The notes: a model not told the origin generated them from the letters alone. A stretch of 25,683 bases of DNA from Syntrophomonadaceae bacterium (GCA_007136165.1 SLHK01000121.1:1-25683), one strand, 5' to 3'; positions 1 through 10,111 are shown, counted from the stretch's first letter. Program-made: numbers and translations.

Positions 1-654
1 CCCCGCCTCCATCATTTTGTCCACCCTCTCTTCGATGCGGCTGTACAGTTCCTCCCGGGGCCGGTTGATGCCGATGACCAGGGACTTGTAATCCGGCTTC
101 TGGGACTTTGTGTCCAGCACCTGCCGGTGGATGGGTTTTCCCGTCAGGTAAAAGACTTCCAGGGCCCGGATGGTCCTCCTGAGGTCGTGGGGGTGGATGT
201 TGGCGGCGCTTTCCGGGTCCAGGTCCTTAAGTTTCCGGTAGAGGGCGCCGGAACCCCCCTCCTTCGCCTCCCGGGCCAGCCGGGCCCGTATGTCCGGGGT
301 TTTCGACCCGGGGCTGAACCGGTAGTTGTAGACCACGGCGTTAAAATAAAGGCCTGTCCCTCCCACCAGCAGCGGCAAATTCCCCTTTTTGGCCACCTCT
401 GCGATGGCCTCCCCGGCCTCCTTCTGGTAGCGGGACACATTGTAGTCCACCGTGGGTTCCACCACATCCACCAGGTGGTGGGGGACCTGCTCCCTTTCCT
501 TCAGGGTGGGCTTGGCCGTCCCGATGTCCAGGTGGCGGTAAACCTGCATGGAGTCGGCGGAGATGATTTCGCCGTGCAGGCGCAGGGCAACTTCTATGGC
601 CAGGGCTGTTTTTCCCACCGCCGTGGGGCCGGCAACGGCCAGTAAGGGTATCAT
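1..654 (-). CDS. miaA: tRNA dimethylallyltransferase (runs off the left edge; missing from the ORF track)
   Basis: Manual translation from ATG at 654: MIPLLAVAGPTAVGKTALAIEVALRLHGEIISADSMQVYRHLDIGTAKP (P-loop and DSMQVY motifs). RBS GAGGTG upstream; follows mutL. Confidence 0.96.
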   Translation of the reverse strand, partial: MIPLLAVAGPTAVGKTALAIEVALRLHGEIISADSMQVYRHLDIGTAKPTLKEREQVPHHLVDVVEPTVDYNVSRYQKEAGEAIAEVAKKGNLPLLVGGTGLYFNAVVYNYRFSPGSKTPDIRARLAREAKEGGSGALYRKLKDLDPESAANIHPHDLRRTIRALEVFYLTGKPIHRQVLDTKSQKPDYKSLVIGINRPREELYSRIEERVDKMMEAG

Positions 655-662
655 AAGGCACC

Positions 663-2426
663 TCAAGATGTACGCAGAAATTTTTTGGCAATTTCACCTT
701 TGGGTATGATCATGACCGCCGGGCGCCCGTGGGGGCAGCTGGAGCTTTGCAGGTGTTGAAACTCATGGACCAGGGTTTCCATCTCCCCCTCCGTCAGCTT
801 TTCCCCGGCCTTCACCGCTGCCTTGCAGGCCATGACCTTGTAAATGGCTTCCTTGAAACCTGCGCGGGATTGGTCTGTCTCGTCTCTCAAGATCTCTTCC
901 ACCATATCCCGGATCAGGTGAAAGGTATAAATCTTATGGATGAAGACGGGTATGGACCGCAGCAGGAAGGTGCCCCGGCCGAACTCCTCAAAGTGAAAGC
1001 CGGCTTCCCGGAAGGAGGGCAGCTGCTCCTTGAAAGACTCCACCAGGTCCCTGTCCACCTCGATTACATTGGGGATGACCTGTTGGACCTGGACCTGCGC
1101 CCTCTCCTCCTCCTTGTACTGTTCGTAAAGGATCCTTTCGTGGGCGGCATGCTGATCCATGAAGGCTACGTTGGCTTCCCCGTCCTCGTAGATGATATAG
1201 CTTTGGCTAAACTGGCCGATGATGCGGACCCCTCCCGGGGAGGGCTTATTCACCGGCATCTGTTTCCCTTCCTTTTCCCCTTCCTGGCCGCTCAAAAAGG
1301 CTATATTCTGTTTGCTTGAAAATATATTATACTCTTTTTTGCTTTCATTTATCTCCTTGAAGGGAAATATCTCGTCTTGAACAACATCTTTGGGTGAGCC
1401 GGGCAAGATATCGGGAAAGGTAAAGCGGTTGACGAGATTACTGTCGGACAGGGTTTTACGGATGGAGTCCTTGAGGAGGGCAAATATTTCGTTTTCCGTC
1501 TGGAAGCGGACCTGCCTCTTGGTGGGGTGGACATTCACATCCACCTTGGCCGGGTCTATATCAATGTTAATTACACATACAGGATAGCGGTCCTTGGGCA
1601 GTATGGTATAGTAGGCCTCTTCCACGGCCCGGTTCAGCAGGTTGTTCTGCACGTAGCGCTGGTTGACAAAAAAAGTCTGGTGATATTTGTTGTTCCGGCA
1701 GAAGACGGGTTTGGCCAGGTACCCCTCGGCCGTGAAAAACTCCCCCCTGTACCGGTACTGGATAAAGCTGTCCATGTGGTTGAGGCCGTAGACCTGGGCC
1801 AGAACCCCCAGGAGGTTGCCGTTCCCGGAGGTGGAGAAGGTTTTGCGGCCCTCCATGGTCAGGGAAAAGGAGATATCAGGGTAGGCCATGGCCAGGCGGT
1901 AGATAAGGTTGCTGACCCGGCCACCCTCCCGGGAGGTGGATTTAATAAACTTCAGCCGTCCCGGAGTGTTGAAGAAAAGGTCATTTACCTTCACCATGGT
2001 CCCCGCAGGGGAACCAATATCCTCAATCTTTTGTATGTCTCCCGCCTCTGCCTGCAGGAGGGTCCCGGAAAGGTCTTCCTCCCGCCGGGAGATCAGGGTA
2101 AGGCGGGATACCGAGGCGATGCTGGCCAGGGCCTCGCCCCGAAAGCCCAGGGTAAAGAGGCGGTTTAAATCCTCGGCCCTTTCAATTTTACTGGTGGCAT
2201 GCCGGGCCAGGGCCAGGGGCAGGTCCTCCGCCGCCATCCCCTCGCCGTTGTCCGTTACGCCGATTTCCTTAAGGCCCCCCTCCCTTACCTTGATATCGAT
2301 GCGGGTACTTTCGGCATCGATGGAGTTTTCCACCAGTTCCTTGATGACGGAGACGGGCCTCTCGATAACTTCGCCGGCGGCAATCTGGTTGCTGGTCAGT
2401 TTGTCCAACACTTTGATTTTAACCAT
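663..2426 (-). CDS. mutL: DNA mismatch repair endonuclease MutL
   Basis: N-terminal NQIAAGEVIERP and GFRGEAL ATPase motifs; C-terminal DQHAAHERILYE, ACK and CPHGRP endonuclease motifs. Confidence 0.98.
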   Translation of the reverse strand: MVKIKVLDKLTSNQIAAGEVIERPVSVIKELVENSIDAESTRIDIKVREGGLKEIGVTDNGEGMAAEDLPLALARHATSKIERAEDLNRLFTLGFRGEALASIASVSRLTLISRREEDLSGTLLQAEAGDIQKIEDIGSPAGTMVKVNDLFFNTPGRLKFIKSTSREGGRVSNLIYRLAMAYPDISFSLTMEGRKTFSTSGNGNLLGVLAQVYGLNHMDSFIQYRYRGEFFTAEGYLAKPVFCRNNKYHQTFFVNQRYVQNNLLNRAVEEAYYTILPKDRYPVCVINIDIDPAKVDVNVHPTKRQVRFQTENEIFALLKDSIRKTLSDSNLVNRFTFPDILPGSPKDVVQDEIFPFKEINESKKEYNIFSSKQNIAFLSGQEGEKEGKQMPVNKPSPGGVRIIGQFSQSYIIYEDGEANVAFMDQHAAHERILYEQYKEEERAQVQVQQVIPNVIEVDRDLVESFKEQLPSFREAGFHFEEFGRGTFLLRSIPVFIHKIYTFHLIRDMVEEILRDETDQSRAGFKEAIYKVMACKAAVKAGEKLTEGEMETLVHEFQHLQSSSCPHGRPAVMIIPKGEIAKKFLRTS

Positions 2427-5061
2427 GTTTCTCTTCCTTCTCTTTCTCTTTCTTTTTCAGTTCCAGCTGGAGTTCATGGACCATCTGCATGACTTCCAGG
2501 GGTGTCAGGGTCATCAAATCCAGGTTCTTGATCTTTTTCTCCACCCGGCTGAGATCCTGCTCCACGGAAAAAAGGTCCAACTGCTTCTCCTGCAGGGCCT
2601 CAAAAGCCCTGACCTTCCCCGTCTTTTTAGGTTTTGGGCCAGGAGATGCCAGTTTTTTGTCTTCCAGGTTTTTAAGCATAACCCGGGCCTCGTTAATAAG
2701 TTCTGCGGGAAGGCCGGCCAGCCTGGCCACCTGAATTCCGTAACTCCTGCTGGCGGCGCCGGGGATGACCTTGCGTAAAAAGACCACGTCTTCCCCCCGC
2801 TCTTTCACCGCAATGTTGTAGTTCTTGACTCCCGGAAGCCTTTGTTCCAGGGCTGTCAGCTCGTGGTAGTGGGTGGCGAAGAGGGTTTTGGCCCCCAAAT
2901 GCCGGTGGATAAAGTTGGTGGTGGCCCAGGCAATGCTGACACCGTCGTAGGTGCTGGTTCCCCGGCCCACTTCGTCCAGGATCACCAGGCTGCGGGCGGT
3001 GGCGTTTTTCAGGATGTTGGCCACCTCGTTCATCTCCACCATGAAGGTGCTCTGCCCCCCTACCAGGTCGTCGGCGGCCCCCACCCGGGTAAAAATCCTG
3101 TCCACGATACCTATCCTGGCCTTCCGGGCGGGGATGAAACAGCCCATCTGGGCCATGAGGACCAGGAGGGCGCTCTGCCGCAGGTAAGTGGACTTCCCTG
3201 CCATGTTGGGCCCCGTCAGCAGGATAATATTCTGACCGCCCCCCAGGGAAAGGTCGTTTTCCACGAAGAACTGGTCCGGCAGCACCTGTTCCACCACCGG
3301 GTGCCGGCCGCCCTCGATGTGAATTTCCTCCCCGTGGTCCAGTTCGGGCTTGATGTACCCGTATTCCTGGGAGACCAGGGCAAAGCTTAAGAGACAGTCC
3401 ACTTCCGCCAGGATTTCACCGGTTTCCTGGATGCTGTCGGTCTCGGCGGCAATATCTTTTCTGAGGTCTTGAAAGAGCCGGTACTCCAGTTCCTGGCTCC
3501 GGTCTTCCGCCCTGAGGATGATGTCCTCTTTTTCCTTTAGGGGCTCTGAGATAAACCGTTCGGCGTTGACCAGGGTTTGCTTGCGGATGTAGTCCGCCGG
3601 GGCCATATCCAGGTTGGCTTTTGTGATCTCGATGTAGTAGCCGAAGACCTTGTTGTAGCGGACCTTTAAGGACTTAATCCCCGTCCTTTCCCGCTCTTTG
3701 GTTTCAAAATCCGCCAGCCAGCGGCGGCTGTCCCGGGAGATGCCCCGCAGTTCGTCCAAATCGGCGTTGTAACCGCTGCGGATGATGCCGCCTTCCTTGA
3801 GGGCCAGGGGAGGGTTGTCCACCACCGCCCGGGACATCTTCTCTATCAGCTCACCCTGCAGGGCGATTCTCTCACCTAAATGCTTCAAGCTGACGCTCTC
3901 AAGGAGGGCTTCCCGGATGGCAGGCAAAAGAAGCAGGGTGTTTTTCAGGGCCACCACATCCCGGGGGCTGCAGGTGCCCATGGCAATGCGGGAAATAAGC
4001 CGCTTAAGGTCGTAGGCTTCCTTGAGGCTGCTGCTGACGACGCTTTTAAGCTTCAAGTTCTCAGAGAATTCCTCCACCGCCGCCTGCCTTAAGAGGATTC
4101 TCTCTTTATTTATCAGGGGCTGTTCCAGCCACCTCTTTAAGAGGCGGCCTCCCATGGAGGTGCTGGTTTTATCCAAAACCCAAAGGAGAGACCCGTAGCG
4201 TTTCCCCTCCCTCAGGCTGCTGGTCAGTTCCAGGTTTTTACGGGATATGGAATCCAGGAGCATGTATTCCTCGGGGCTGTAAAGGCGCACCTTTTTGATA
4301 TGGCTCATGTCTCCCGAGTTTTCCTTAAGGTATGCCAGGAGCGCCCCGGCGGCGCAGGTAACGGCGGGGTAGTCCGAAAGGCCTATGGCTTCCAGGGACA
4401 AACAATTAAAGTGCCGGAGGATGCTCTCTTCCCCCTTTTTTAAGCTGAAGCTTAACCGGGGGCGGTAATTTATCAAAGCTTTGCCTTTAACTTTTAAAAA
4501 GTCAGCTTCTTTCTGCAGCTCTTCCGGCACCAGGGCCTCGGCGGCCCCCATGCGCTGAAGCTCCTCCAGGGCTTTTTCCCGGGCCGCTGCCGGGGCGAAT
4601 TCCGCCGCCATCAGCTCTCCCGTGGAAACGTCCACGGTGGCCAGCCCCCACCTGTCCTGGTAACCGGCCAGGGCCAGGAGAAAGTTATTCTCTTTTTCCC
4701 TCAGCATGGCCTGTTCCACCAGGGTGCCGGGGGTGATTACCCGGACCACCTCCCGTTTCACCAGGCCTTTGGCCGTCCGGGGGTCCTCCACCTGCTCGCA
4801 GATGGCTACCTTGTACCCCTTTTCGATGAGGCGGGAGATATAGTTTTCAGCGGCATGGTAAGGCACGCCCGCCAGGGGCACATGGTTGTCCTTCCCCGTC
4901 TCCCGGGAGGTCAGGGTGATCTCCAGCTCCCGGGCCGCCGTTTTGGCGTCTTCGAAGAACATCTCGTAAAAATCCCCCACGCGAAAGAAGAGGATTTTAT
5001 CCCCGTGGTCTTCCTTTATCTTACGGTACTGCCTGATCATCGGCGTTTCATTTTCCGGCAA
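2419..5061 (-). CDS. mutS: DNA mismatch repair protein MutS
   Basis: TPMIRQY and FFRVGDFYEMF N-terminus, GPNMAGKSTY Walker A, DEVGRGT, C-terminal QLDLF clamp-binding motif. TTG start with GGAGGG RBS. Confidence 0.98.
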   Translation of the reverse strand: MPENETPMIRQYRKIKEDHGDKILFFRVGDFYEMFFEDAKTAARELEITLTSRETGKDNHVPLAGVPYHAAENYISRLIEKGYKVAICEQVEDPRTAKGLVKREVVRVITPGTLVEQAMLREKENNFLLALAGYQDRWGLATVDVSTGELMAAEFAPAAAREKALEELQRMGAAEALVPEELQKEADFLKVKGKALINYRPRLSFSLKKGEESILRHFNCLSLEAIGLSDYPAVTCAAGALLAYLKENSGDMSHIKKVRLYSPEEYMLLDSISRKNLELTSSLREGKRYGSLLWVLDKTSTSMGGRLLKRWLEQPLINKERILLRQAAVEEFSENLKLKSVVSSSLKEAYDLKRLISRIAMGTCSPRDVVALKNTLLLLPAIREALLESVSLKHLGERIALQGELIEKMSRAVVDNPPLALKEGGIIRSGYNADLDELRGISRDSRRWLADFETKERERTGIKSLKVRYNKVFGYYIEITKANLDMAPADYIRKQTLVNAERFISEPLKEKEDIILRAEDRSQELEYRLFQDLRKDIAAETDSIQETGEILAEVDCLLSFALVSQEYGYIKPELDHGEEIHIEGGRHPVVEQVLPDQFFVENDLSLGGGQNIILLTGPNMAGKSTYLRQSALLVLMAQMGCFIPARKARIGIVDRIFTRVGAADDLVGGQSTFMVEMNEVANILKNATARSLVILDEVGRGTSTYDGVSIAWATTNFIHRHLGAKTLFATHYHELTALEQRLPGVKNYNIAVKERGEDVVFLRKVIPGAASRSYGIQVARLAGLPAELINEARVMLKNLEDKKLASPGPKPKKTGKVRAFEALQEKQLDLFSVEQDLSRVEKKIKNLDLMTLTPLEVMQMVHELQLELKKKEKEKEEKHG

Positions 5062-5097
5062 ACTATCCCCTCCGGTATTCCTCTGCTCCCCGTAAAC

Positions 5098-6432
5098 TTA
5101 CAATTGGCCCGTAAGGCTCCAGGTTTGGGCCTCTTTGACCGTCACCTCCACAAATTGGCCAATCAAGTCCCGGCTCCCCTGAAAGTTAACCACCTTGTGG
5201 GTCCGGGTCCTGCCCGTCAGCTCTCCCCCGGCGTTTTTGCTCTCCCCCTCCACCAGCACCTCCATTTTCTGCCCCAAAAGGCCCCGGTTGATTTCCAGGC
5301 TGATGGCATTTTGTTCCTCTATCAAGCGGTAGATCCGCTCCTTCTTCACCTGCTGCTTAACCTGGCCGGGCATATTGGCCGCCGGGGTCCCCCGGCGGGG
5401 GGAGTAGATGAAGGTGAAGGCGGCGTCAAACCGGATTTCCCGGACCAGGTCCAGGGTTTCCTGGAAATCCGCTTCCGTTTCGCCGGGAAAGCCGACGATG
5501 AAGTCGGTGGTGATGGAGGCGCCGGGGATTTCCCGGCGCACTTTGTGCACCAGGTCCCGGTAGTGTTCCCGGGTGTACCCCCGGTTCATCTTCTTTAGGA
5601 TGCCGTTGCTCCCCGCCTGGACGGGCAGGTGGAAGTGCTCGCACACTTTTTCTGCATCCCGGATTATCTCCACCAGATGGGGCGTGAAATCCCGGGGGTG
5701 GGACGTCATGTACCTGAACCTCCCGATGCCTTCCACTTCCTCCAGGGCCAAAAGAAGCCCGGCAAAGGAGGTGCCGTCCTGCAAATCCCTGCCGTAAGAG
5801 TTCACGTTTTGGCCCAGGAGGGTGACTTCGACGAACCCTTTCCCGGCCAGTTCCTCTATTTCCGCCACAATATCTTTAACCTGTCTGCTCCTTTCCCTTC
5901 CCCGCACATAGGGAACGATGCAGTAAGAGCAGAAGTTGTTGCACCCGTAAGTTATGTTGACCCAGGCTTTAAGTTTGCTGCGGCGGTAAAGGGGCAGCCC
6001 CTCCACCACCGGCCCCTCCCCTTCCCAGATATCCAGGACCGTTTCCTTTTCCCCCAGGGCCCTGTCCAAAAGTTCGGGGAACCGGCTCAGGTTGTGGGTG
6101 CCGATGACCATATCCACATAGGGGTAGCGGCTCTTGATTTTTTTCCCCACTTCCTCCTGCTGGGGCATGCAACCCGCCACCACGATGAGCATGTCGGGGT
6201 TGTCCTCTTTGAACTTCTTCAATTTGCCCAGCTTCCCGTACACCTTCTCCTCCGCCTTCTGGCGCACGGCGCAGGTATTCAAGATCATCAAGTCGGCCTT
6301 TTGGGGGTCTCCCGTTTCTTTGTAACCCCGCTCTTCCAGGTAGCCGGCGATAATCTCGGCGTCCCGCTCGTTCATCTGGCAGCCGAATACGGACAGGTGG
6401 TATGTCTTTGCTTTTTCTGGCAGCTTTTCCAA
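5098..6432 (-). CDS. miaB: tRNA-2-methylthio-N6-dimethylallyladenosine synthase (radical SAM methylthiotransferase)
   Basis: GCQMN, NTCAVR and AGCMPQ N-terminal Cys motifs; CNNFCSYC radical SAM motif; C-terminal TRAM-like domain; upstream of mutS. Confidence 0.95.
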   Translation of the reverse strand: MEKLPEKAKTYHLSVFGCQMNERDAEIIAGYLEERGYKETGDPQKADLMILNTCAVRQKAEEKVYGKLGKLKKFKEDNPDMLIVVAGCMPQQEEVGKKIKSRYPYVDMVIGTHNLSRFPELLDRALGEKETVLDIWEGEGPVVEGLPLYRRSKLKAWVNITYGCNNFCSYCIVPYVRGRERSRQVKDIVAEIEELAGKGFVEVTLLGQNVNSYGRDLQDGTSFAGLLLALEEVEGIGRFRYMTSHPRDFTPHLVEIIRDAEKVCEHFHLPVQAGSNGILKKMNRGYTREHYRDLVHKVRREIPGASITTDFIVGFPGETEADFQETLDLVREIRFDAAFTFIYSPRRGTPAANMPGQVKQQVKKERIYRLIEEQNAISLEINRGLLGQKMEVLVEGESKNAGGELTGRTRTHKVVNFQGSRDLIGQFVEVTVKEAQTWSLTGQL

Positions 6433-6512
6433 TCCAGGTTCACTCCAATATTATGTATCGTTACCATTGTAATATAATTTTGCCAAAAAGCAAAGCTCAG
6501 TATCCTGTGACC

Positions 6513-6998
6513 TTATTTCCTGGGAAATAGAATGAGCCGGAAACCCCATAACACCAGGGCTGTGGGGGGCAGGTATGTGATATACAGGGATAGGCCCTCA
6601 GGGAGGAGGCCTATGTTGACGGCGAAAAAGAATAAGGCGACGAGGACGGTAATGGCTCCCGGTGCCAGGGCCCAGCGGTTGTAGGGGGTGAAGATGAGAA
6701 TGAGGAAAAAACCCAGGCCGGGGAGGAGAATAAACAAGGGCCAGTAGATGTCCATATTTAAGCCCATGGTGGTTATGTAGAGGATTAGCCCGGAGGCCAG
6801 CAGGAAGCTGCCGGGGTAAACGGCCCACTCCAGGCGGGTTAAAAGAAAGAGGGCCAGAAAAAGGCCTCCGGTAAAAACCATAAAGAGGTTCCCCGTTTCA
6901 CCGATAAAAAATCCTGCCAGAATGGCATAAAAGTAGGCTCCCAGCAGCAGGAAAAAAAGGCCGCTGCCCAGGGATGACCTTTTCCGCTGTTTTGCCAA
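6513..6998 (-). CDS. Hypothetical multi-pass membrane protein (LiaF-like TM / DUF5668-like)
   Basis: 161 aa, about 6 hydrophobic segments, WPLFILLPGLG motif. TTG start with AAGGAGGT RBS. Confidence 0.75.
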   Translation of the reverse strand: MAKQRKRSSLGSGLFFLLLGAYFYAILAGFFIGETGNLFMVFTGGLFLALFLLTRLEWAVYPGSFLLASGLILYITTMGLNMDIYWPLFILLPGLGFFLILIFTPYNRWALAPGAITVLVALFFFAVNIGLLPEGLSLYITYLPPTALVLWGFRLILFPRK

Positions 6999-7065
6999 GG
7001 GCCTTACCTCCTTTACCCGGGAATATGTTCCGCTTCAGCCGGGAAAAACCTATAAATAATAGACA

Positions 7066-7098
7066 GGAAGGCAGGAGAACCCTGCCCCTCTGCCTTCC
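7066..7098 (-). terminator. Hairpin downstream of the decarboxylase beta gene, possible terminator
   Basis: Perfect 9-bp inverted repeat GGAAGGCAG (7066-7074) / CTGCCTTCC (7090-7098); U-tail weak. Confidence 0.4.
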
Positions 7099-7155
7099 GA
7101 ATTGTAAAGGATGCTTTGTTCTGTTTTTCTAAGGGCTCTGTCTGCCAATACAATT

Positions 7156-8283
7156 TTAGAGTATGGACAACAAGATGCCGGCGGCGATGGCGGAACCGAT
7201 AACCCCCGCCACGTTGGGCCCCATGGCATGCATGAGCAGGAAGTTTTTTGGGTTGGCCTCCCGGCCTACGGTCTGGGATACCCGGGCGGCCATGGGAACG
7301 GCAGAGACCCCTGCCGAGCCTATCAGAGGGTTAACTTTGCCTCCCGAGAGTCTGTACATGATTTTACCCAGGATGACCCCTCCCGCCGTCCCCACGGCAA
7401 AGGCTGCCAGTCCCAGCACGATAATCTGGATGGTGGCCAGGGAAAGGAACATCTCCGCATTGGCTTTGCCTCCCACTGTCAGGCCCAGAAAGATAACTAC
7501 AATGTTATTGAGTTCGTTCTGCGCAGCCTTGCTCAAGCGCTCCGTAACTCCCGTCTCCCGCAGCAGGTTGCCGAACATGAGCATCCCCAGGAGGGGTACG
7601 GCTGCCGGCAAAAAGAGGCCGGTAATGATGATGACGGCGATGGGAAACAAAATTTTCTCCGTCTTGGAGACGGGCCTGAGCTGCTCCATTATTACTTCCC
7701 TTTCCTGCTTGGTGGTCAGGGCCTTCATGATGGGGGGTTGGATAATGGGCACCAGGGCCATATAGGAATAGGCGGCAATGGCTATGGACGGCAGCAGTTC
7801 AGGGGCAAGCCGGGAAGTTAGAAATATGGCCGTTGGGCCGTCGGCGCCGCCGATGATCCCGATGGAGCCGGCTTCTGCCGGAGAAAACCCCAACAGCAGG
7901 GCTCCCAGAAGGGTGGCAAAAATGCCGAACTGGGCTGCCGCCCCCAGCAGGAGAGTTTTGGGATTGGCGATCAGGGGCCCAAAATCCGTCAAAGCTCCCA
8001 CACCCAGGAAAATCAGGGGCGGATATATTCCCAGCTCGATTCCCAGGGCCAGGTAGTAAAAAAGTCCGCCTAGTTCTCCGGGGGTAGGGGGAGCCATAAG
8101 ATTGCCCAGGGGCAAATTGGCCAGTAGCATCCCGAAGCTTATGGGGATAAGCAGCAGGGGCTCATACTTTTTGACGATTCCCAAATACAGAAGAAAGCAG
8201 GCCAGGGCAATCATGATGGCATCCAGGTACGTTAAATTGGCATATCCCGTACTTTGGATAAATAAATGTATCTTATCAATCAC
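7156..8283 (-). CDS. oadB: Na+-translocating decarboxylase beta subunit (OadB/MmdB/GcdB family)
   Basis: [45 protein letters not shown] and [14 protein letters not shown] motifs. Confidence 0.95.
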   Translation of the reverse strand: MIDKIHLFIQSTGYANLTYLDAIMIALACFLLYLGIVKKYEPLLLIPISFGMLLANLPLGNLMAPPTPGELGGLFYYLALGIELGIYPPLIFLGVGALTDFGPLIANPKTLLLGAAAQFGIFATLLGALLLGFSPAEAGSIGIIGGADGPTAIFLTSRLAPELLPSIAIAAYSYMALVPIIQPPIMKALTTKQEREVIMEQLRPVSKTEKILFPIAVIIITGLFLPAAVPLLGMLMFGNLLRETGVTERLSKAAQNELNNIVVIFLGLTVGGKANAEMFLSLATIQIIVLGLAAFAVGTAGGVILGKIMYRLSGGKVNPLIGSAGVSAVPMAARVSQTVGREANPKNFLLMHAMGPNVAGVIGSAIAAGILLSIL

Positions 8284-8301
8284 TTGGATCTCTCCCTTAG
8301 G

Positions 8302-8700
8302 CTATTCGATGGTAATTAAAAGATCTTCTGTATTTACGCTGGCCCCTTTGCTTATATGGATATCTTTCACGGTGCCCGTAAAGGGTGAAGATATTTCGTT
8401 TTCCATTTTCATGGCTTCCAGTACCAGGAGGGTTTGCCCTTCACTGACTTTATCCCCTTTGGAAACCTTTATGTCCAGAACGACTCCCGGCATGGGAGCA
8501 GGCACTTTCTTCCCTTCTCCGCCTCCCTGGGCCGGGGCATCCTGGGGCTTTGCCTCCGGGGGAGCCTGGGGTTTAGGCGCCGGGGCAGGCGCAGGATTTT
8601 CCTGTTTAACGGCCGGAGCGGGGCTGGTACTTTCCGACCCCATTTCTTCGACGGTGACATCATAGGATTTGCCGTTGACGGTTACTCTAAAACTTTTCAT
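8302..8700 (-). CDS. Biotin carboxyl carrier subunit of Na+-pumping decarboxylase (MmdC/GcdC-like)
   Basis: EAMKMEN biotinylation motif, Ala/Pro-rich linker, N-terminal FRVTVNGKSYDV segment. Confidence 0.93.
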   Translation of the reverse strand: MKSFRVTVNGKSYDVTVEEMGSESTSPAPAVKQENPAPAPAPKPQAPPEAKPQDAPAQGGGEGKKVPAPMPGVVLDIKVSKGDKVSEGQTLLVLEAMKMENEISSPFTGTVKDIHISKGASVNTEDLLITIE

Positions 8701-9092
8701 ATTCTCTTCTCCCTTCTCTTCGAGCTGACGCTGTTCTTTAAGTCCATGTTTCTGGTTCGGCCATAATAGACCCAGGAGTTTGTATTTCCCACGGGGGTAA
8801 TACTCCTGATGGCCAGGCTGGGACGGGGTTTTTGCAAGTAAACCGAAAGGGCTGCCGTTATTGCCGCCATCAGTTCGTCTCTCTCCCCTTCATCCCCGGA
8901 CGTTTCCGGTTTTTGCGGCGCCGAAGGTTTTATCTCCCCGGCGGCCAGGGGCTGAGGCTTTGCGGGCTTGCTCCTTTTCTTGGAGAAAAAGCGGTCCATC
9001 AACACCAGCAGTACGTACAGGATGGAAAGAGCGACGAAAACACCGGCAAAACCAATCAACATTACTTCGAAGCCAAATGATAAGTCTACCAA
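8697..9092 (-). CDS. OadG/MmdD-family small membrane subunit of Na+-pumping decarboxylase
   Basis: Single N-terminal TM (IGFAGVFVALSILY), Pro-rich linker, ELMAAITAAL and W...GR C-terminal motifs. TTG start with AAGGAGG. Confidence 0.88.
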   Translation of the reverse strand: MVDLSFGFEVMLIGFAGVFVALSILYVLLVLMDRFFSKKRSKPAKPQPLAAGEIKPSAPQKPETSGDEGERDELMAAITAALSVYLQKPRPSLAIRSITPVGNTNSWVYYGRTRNMDLKNSVSSKRREKRI

Positions 9093-9168
9093 GTACTCTG
9101 CACCCTCCTTTGTAGCAAAATCAGCAATTATAAACCTCCTTCACCCATCTCGTGTGATAACACTATTT

Positions 9169-9194
9169 ATTTCTGTATCTAATGGCAAAATCCT
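9169..9194 (-). promoter_or_regulatory. sigH-like promoter upstream of the decarboxylase cluster
   Basis: AGGATTT-N14-GAAAT versus the B. subtilis sigH consensus AGGAWWT-N14/15-GAAT. Confidence 0.45.
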
Positions 9195-9202
9195 TTAATA
9201 AT

Positions 9203-10012
9203 TTATTTTTTTATCCTAATTTCCAAGGCCCTCACCTGCTCCAGGGATACCCCCGCCGCAGCCAAAGAAATAGTGTTGCTCCCCGGGCCGTGAAAGTCGG
9301 ATCCGCCTGTTAGGACCAGGTCGTGTTTTTGCGCCAGGGCTTTGAATTCCTTAACCTGTTTCCCGGTGTGGAGGGGGTAGAAAACTTCCAGGCCCTCCAC
9401 GCCGTGGGATATCATTTCCCCCACCAGCTTCTTCTCCCGCAAAAGGCCGGGGTGGGCCAGGGAAGTTACACCGCCGGCCCCCCGGATTACTTCCATGATC
9501 TCCCGGGGGGAGATGTGGTAGCGCTCCACATACAGGGGGCCTCCCAGCTTTAAATACCTGGAAAAGGCTTCCGCCATGTCCCTGACATACCCTTTTTTCA
9601 CCAGGGCCCTGCCCAGGTGGGCCCTTCCCGGGACACCGTCATATTCTATGTCTTCAGGCTTTAAGCGAAACCCTATTTTTTTTGCTTTGGAAAGCATCCG
9701 CTCCAGCCTGTGGTGGCGGCTTTGCCGCAGCTCTCCCAGCAGTTCCCGAAGGCGCCGGTCCTTTATATCCATAAAGTATCCCAGGATGTGGATTTCCTCG
9801 CCGCTGTAAACGCAGCTGATCTCCACCCCCGGGATGACCTGCAGGCCGGCCTTTACCCCTGCTGCAAGGGCCTCTTCCGTATTATCCACGGAGTCATGGT
9901 CCGTAATGGCAATGGCTTTAAGCTTAAGCCGGCGGGCCGCCGCCAGAATTTCTGCGGGAGTATATTCGCCGTCGGAGGCGGTGGTATGAATGTGGAGGTC
10001 TGCTTCAATCAT
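9203..10012 (-). CDS. PHP-domain phosphoesterase (TrpH/YciV family)
   Basis: DLHIHTTASDG, AITDHD, GVEIS, HILGY, HPG and GGSDFHG metal-binding motifs. Confidence 0.92.
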   Translation of the reverse strand: MIEADLHIHTTASDGEYTPAEILAAARRLKLKAIAITDHDSVDNTEEALAAGVKAGLQVIPGVEISCVYSGEEIHILGYFMDIKDRRLRELLGELRQSRHHRLERMLSKAKKIGFRLKPEDIEYDGVPGRAHLGRALVKKGYVRDMAEAFSRYLKLGGPLYVERYHISPREIMEVIRGAGGVTSLAHPGLLREKKLVGEMISHGVEGLEVFYPLHTGKQVKEFKALAQKHDLVLTGGSDFHGPGSNTISLAAAGVSLEQVRALEIRIKK

Positions 10013-10058
10013 ATAATCTCTCCTTATAATTTTCCGTGTCTAGCCTCCCATTAAGCAT

Positions 10059-10088
10059 AAAAAAAACACCCCCATAATGCAAGGGGTG
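10059..10088 (-). terminator. Intrinsic terminator after spoVS
   Basis: CACCCC/GGGGTG stem followed by 8 T on the minus strand. Confidence 0.7.
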
Positions 10089-10111
10089 GGCAAAATATAT
10101 TTTTCTTTTTC

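Noticed and set aside
341-697. 118-aa ORF as the gene after mutL
   Set aside because: Wrong frame; the real gene is miaA starting at 654.
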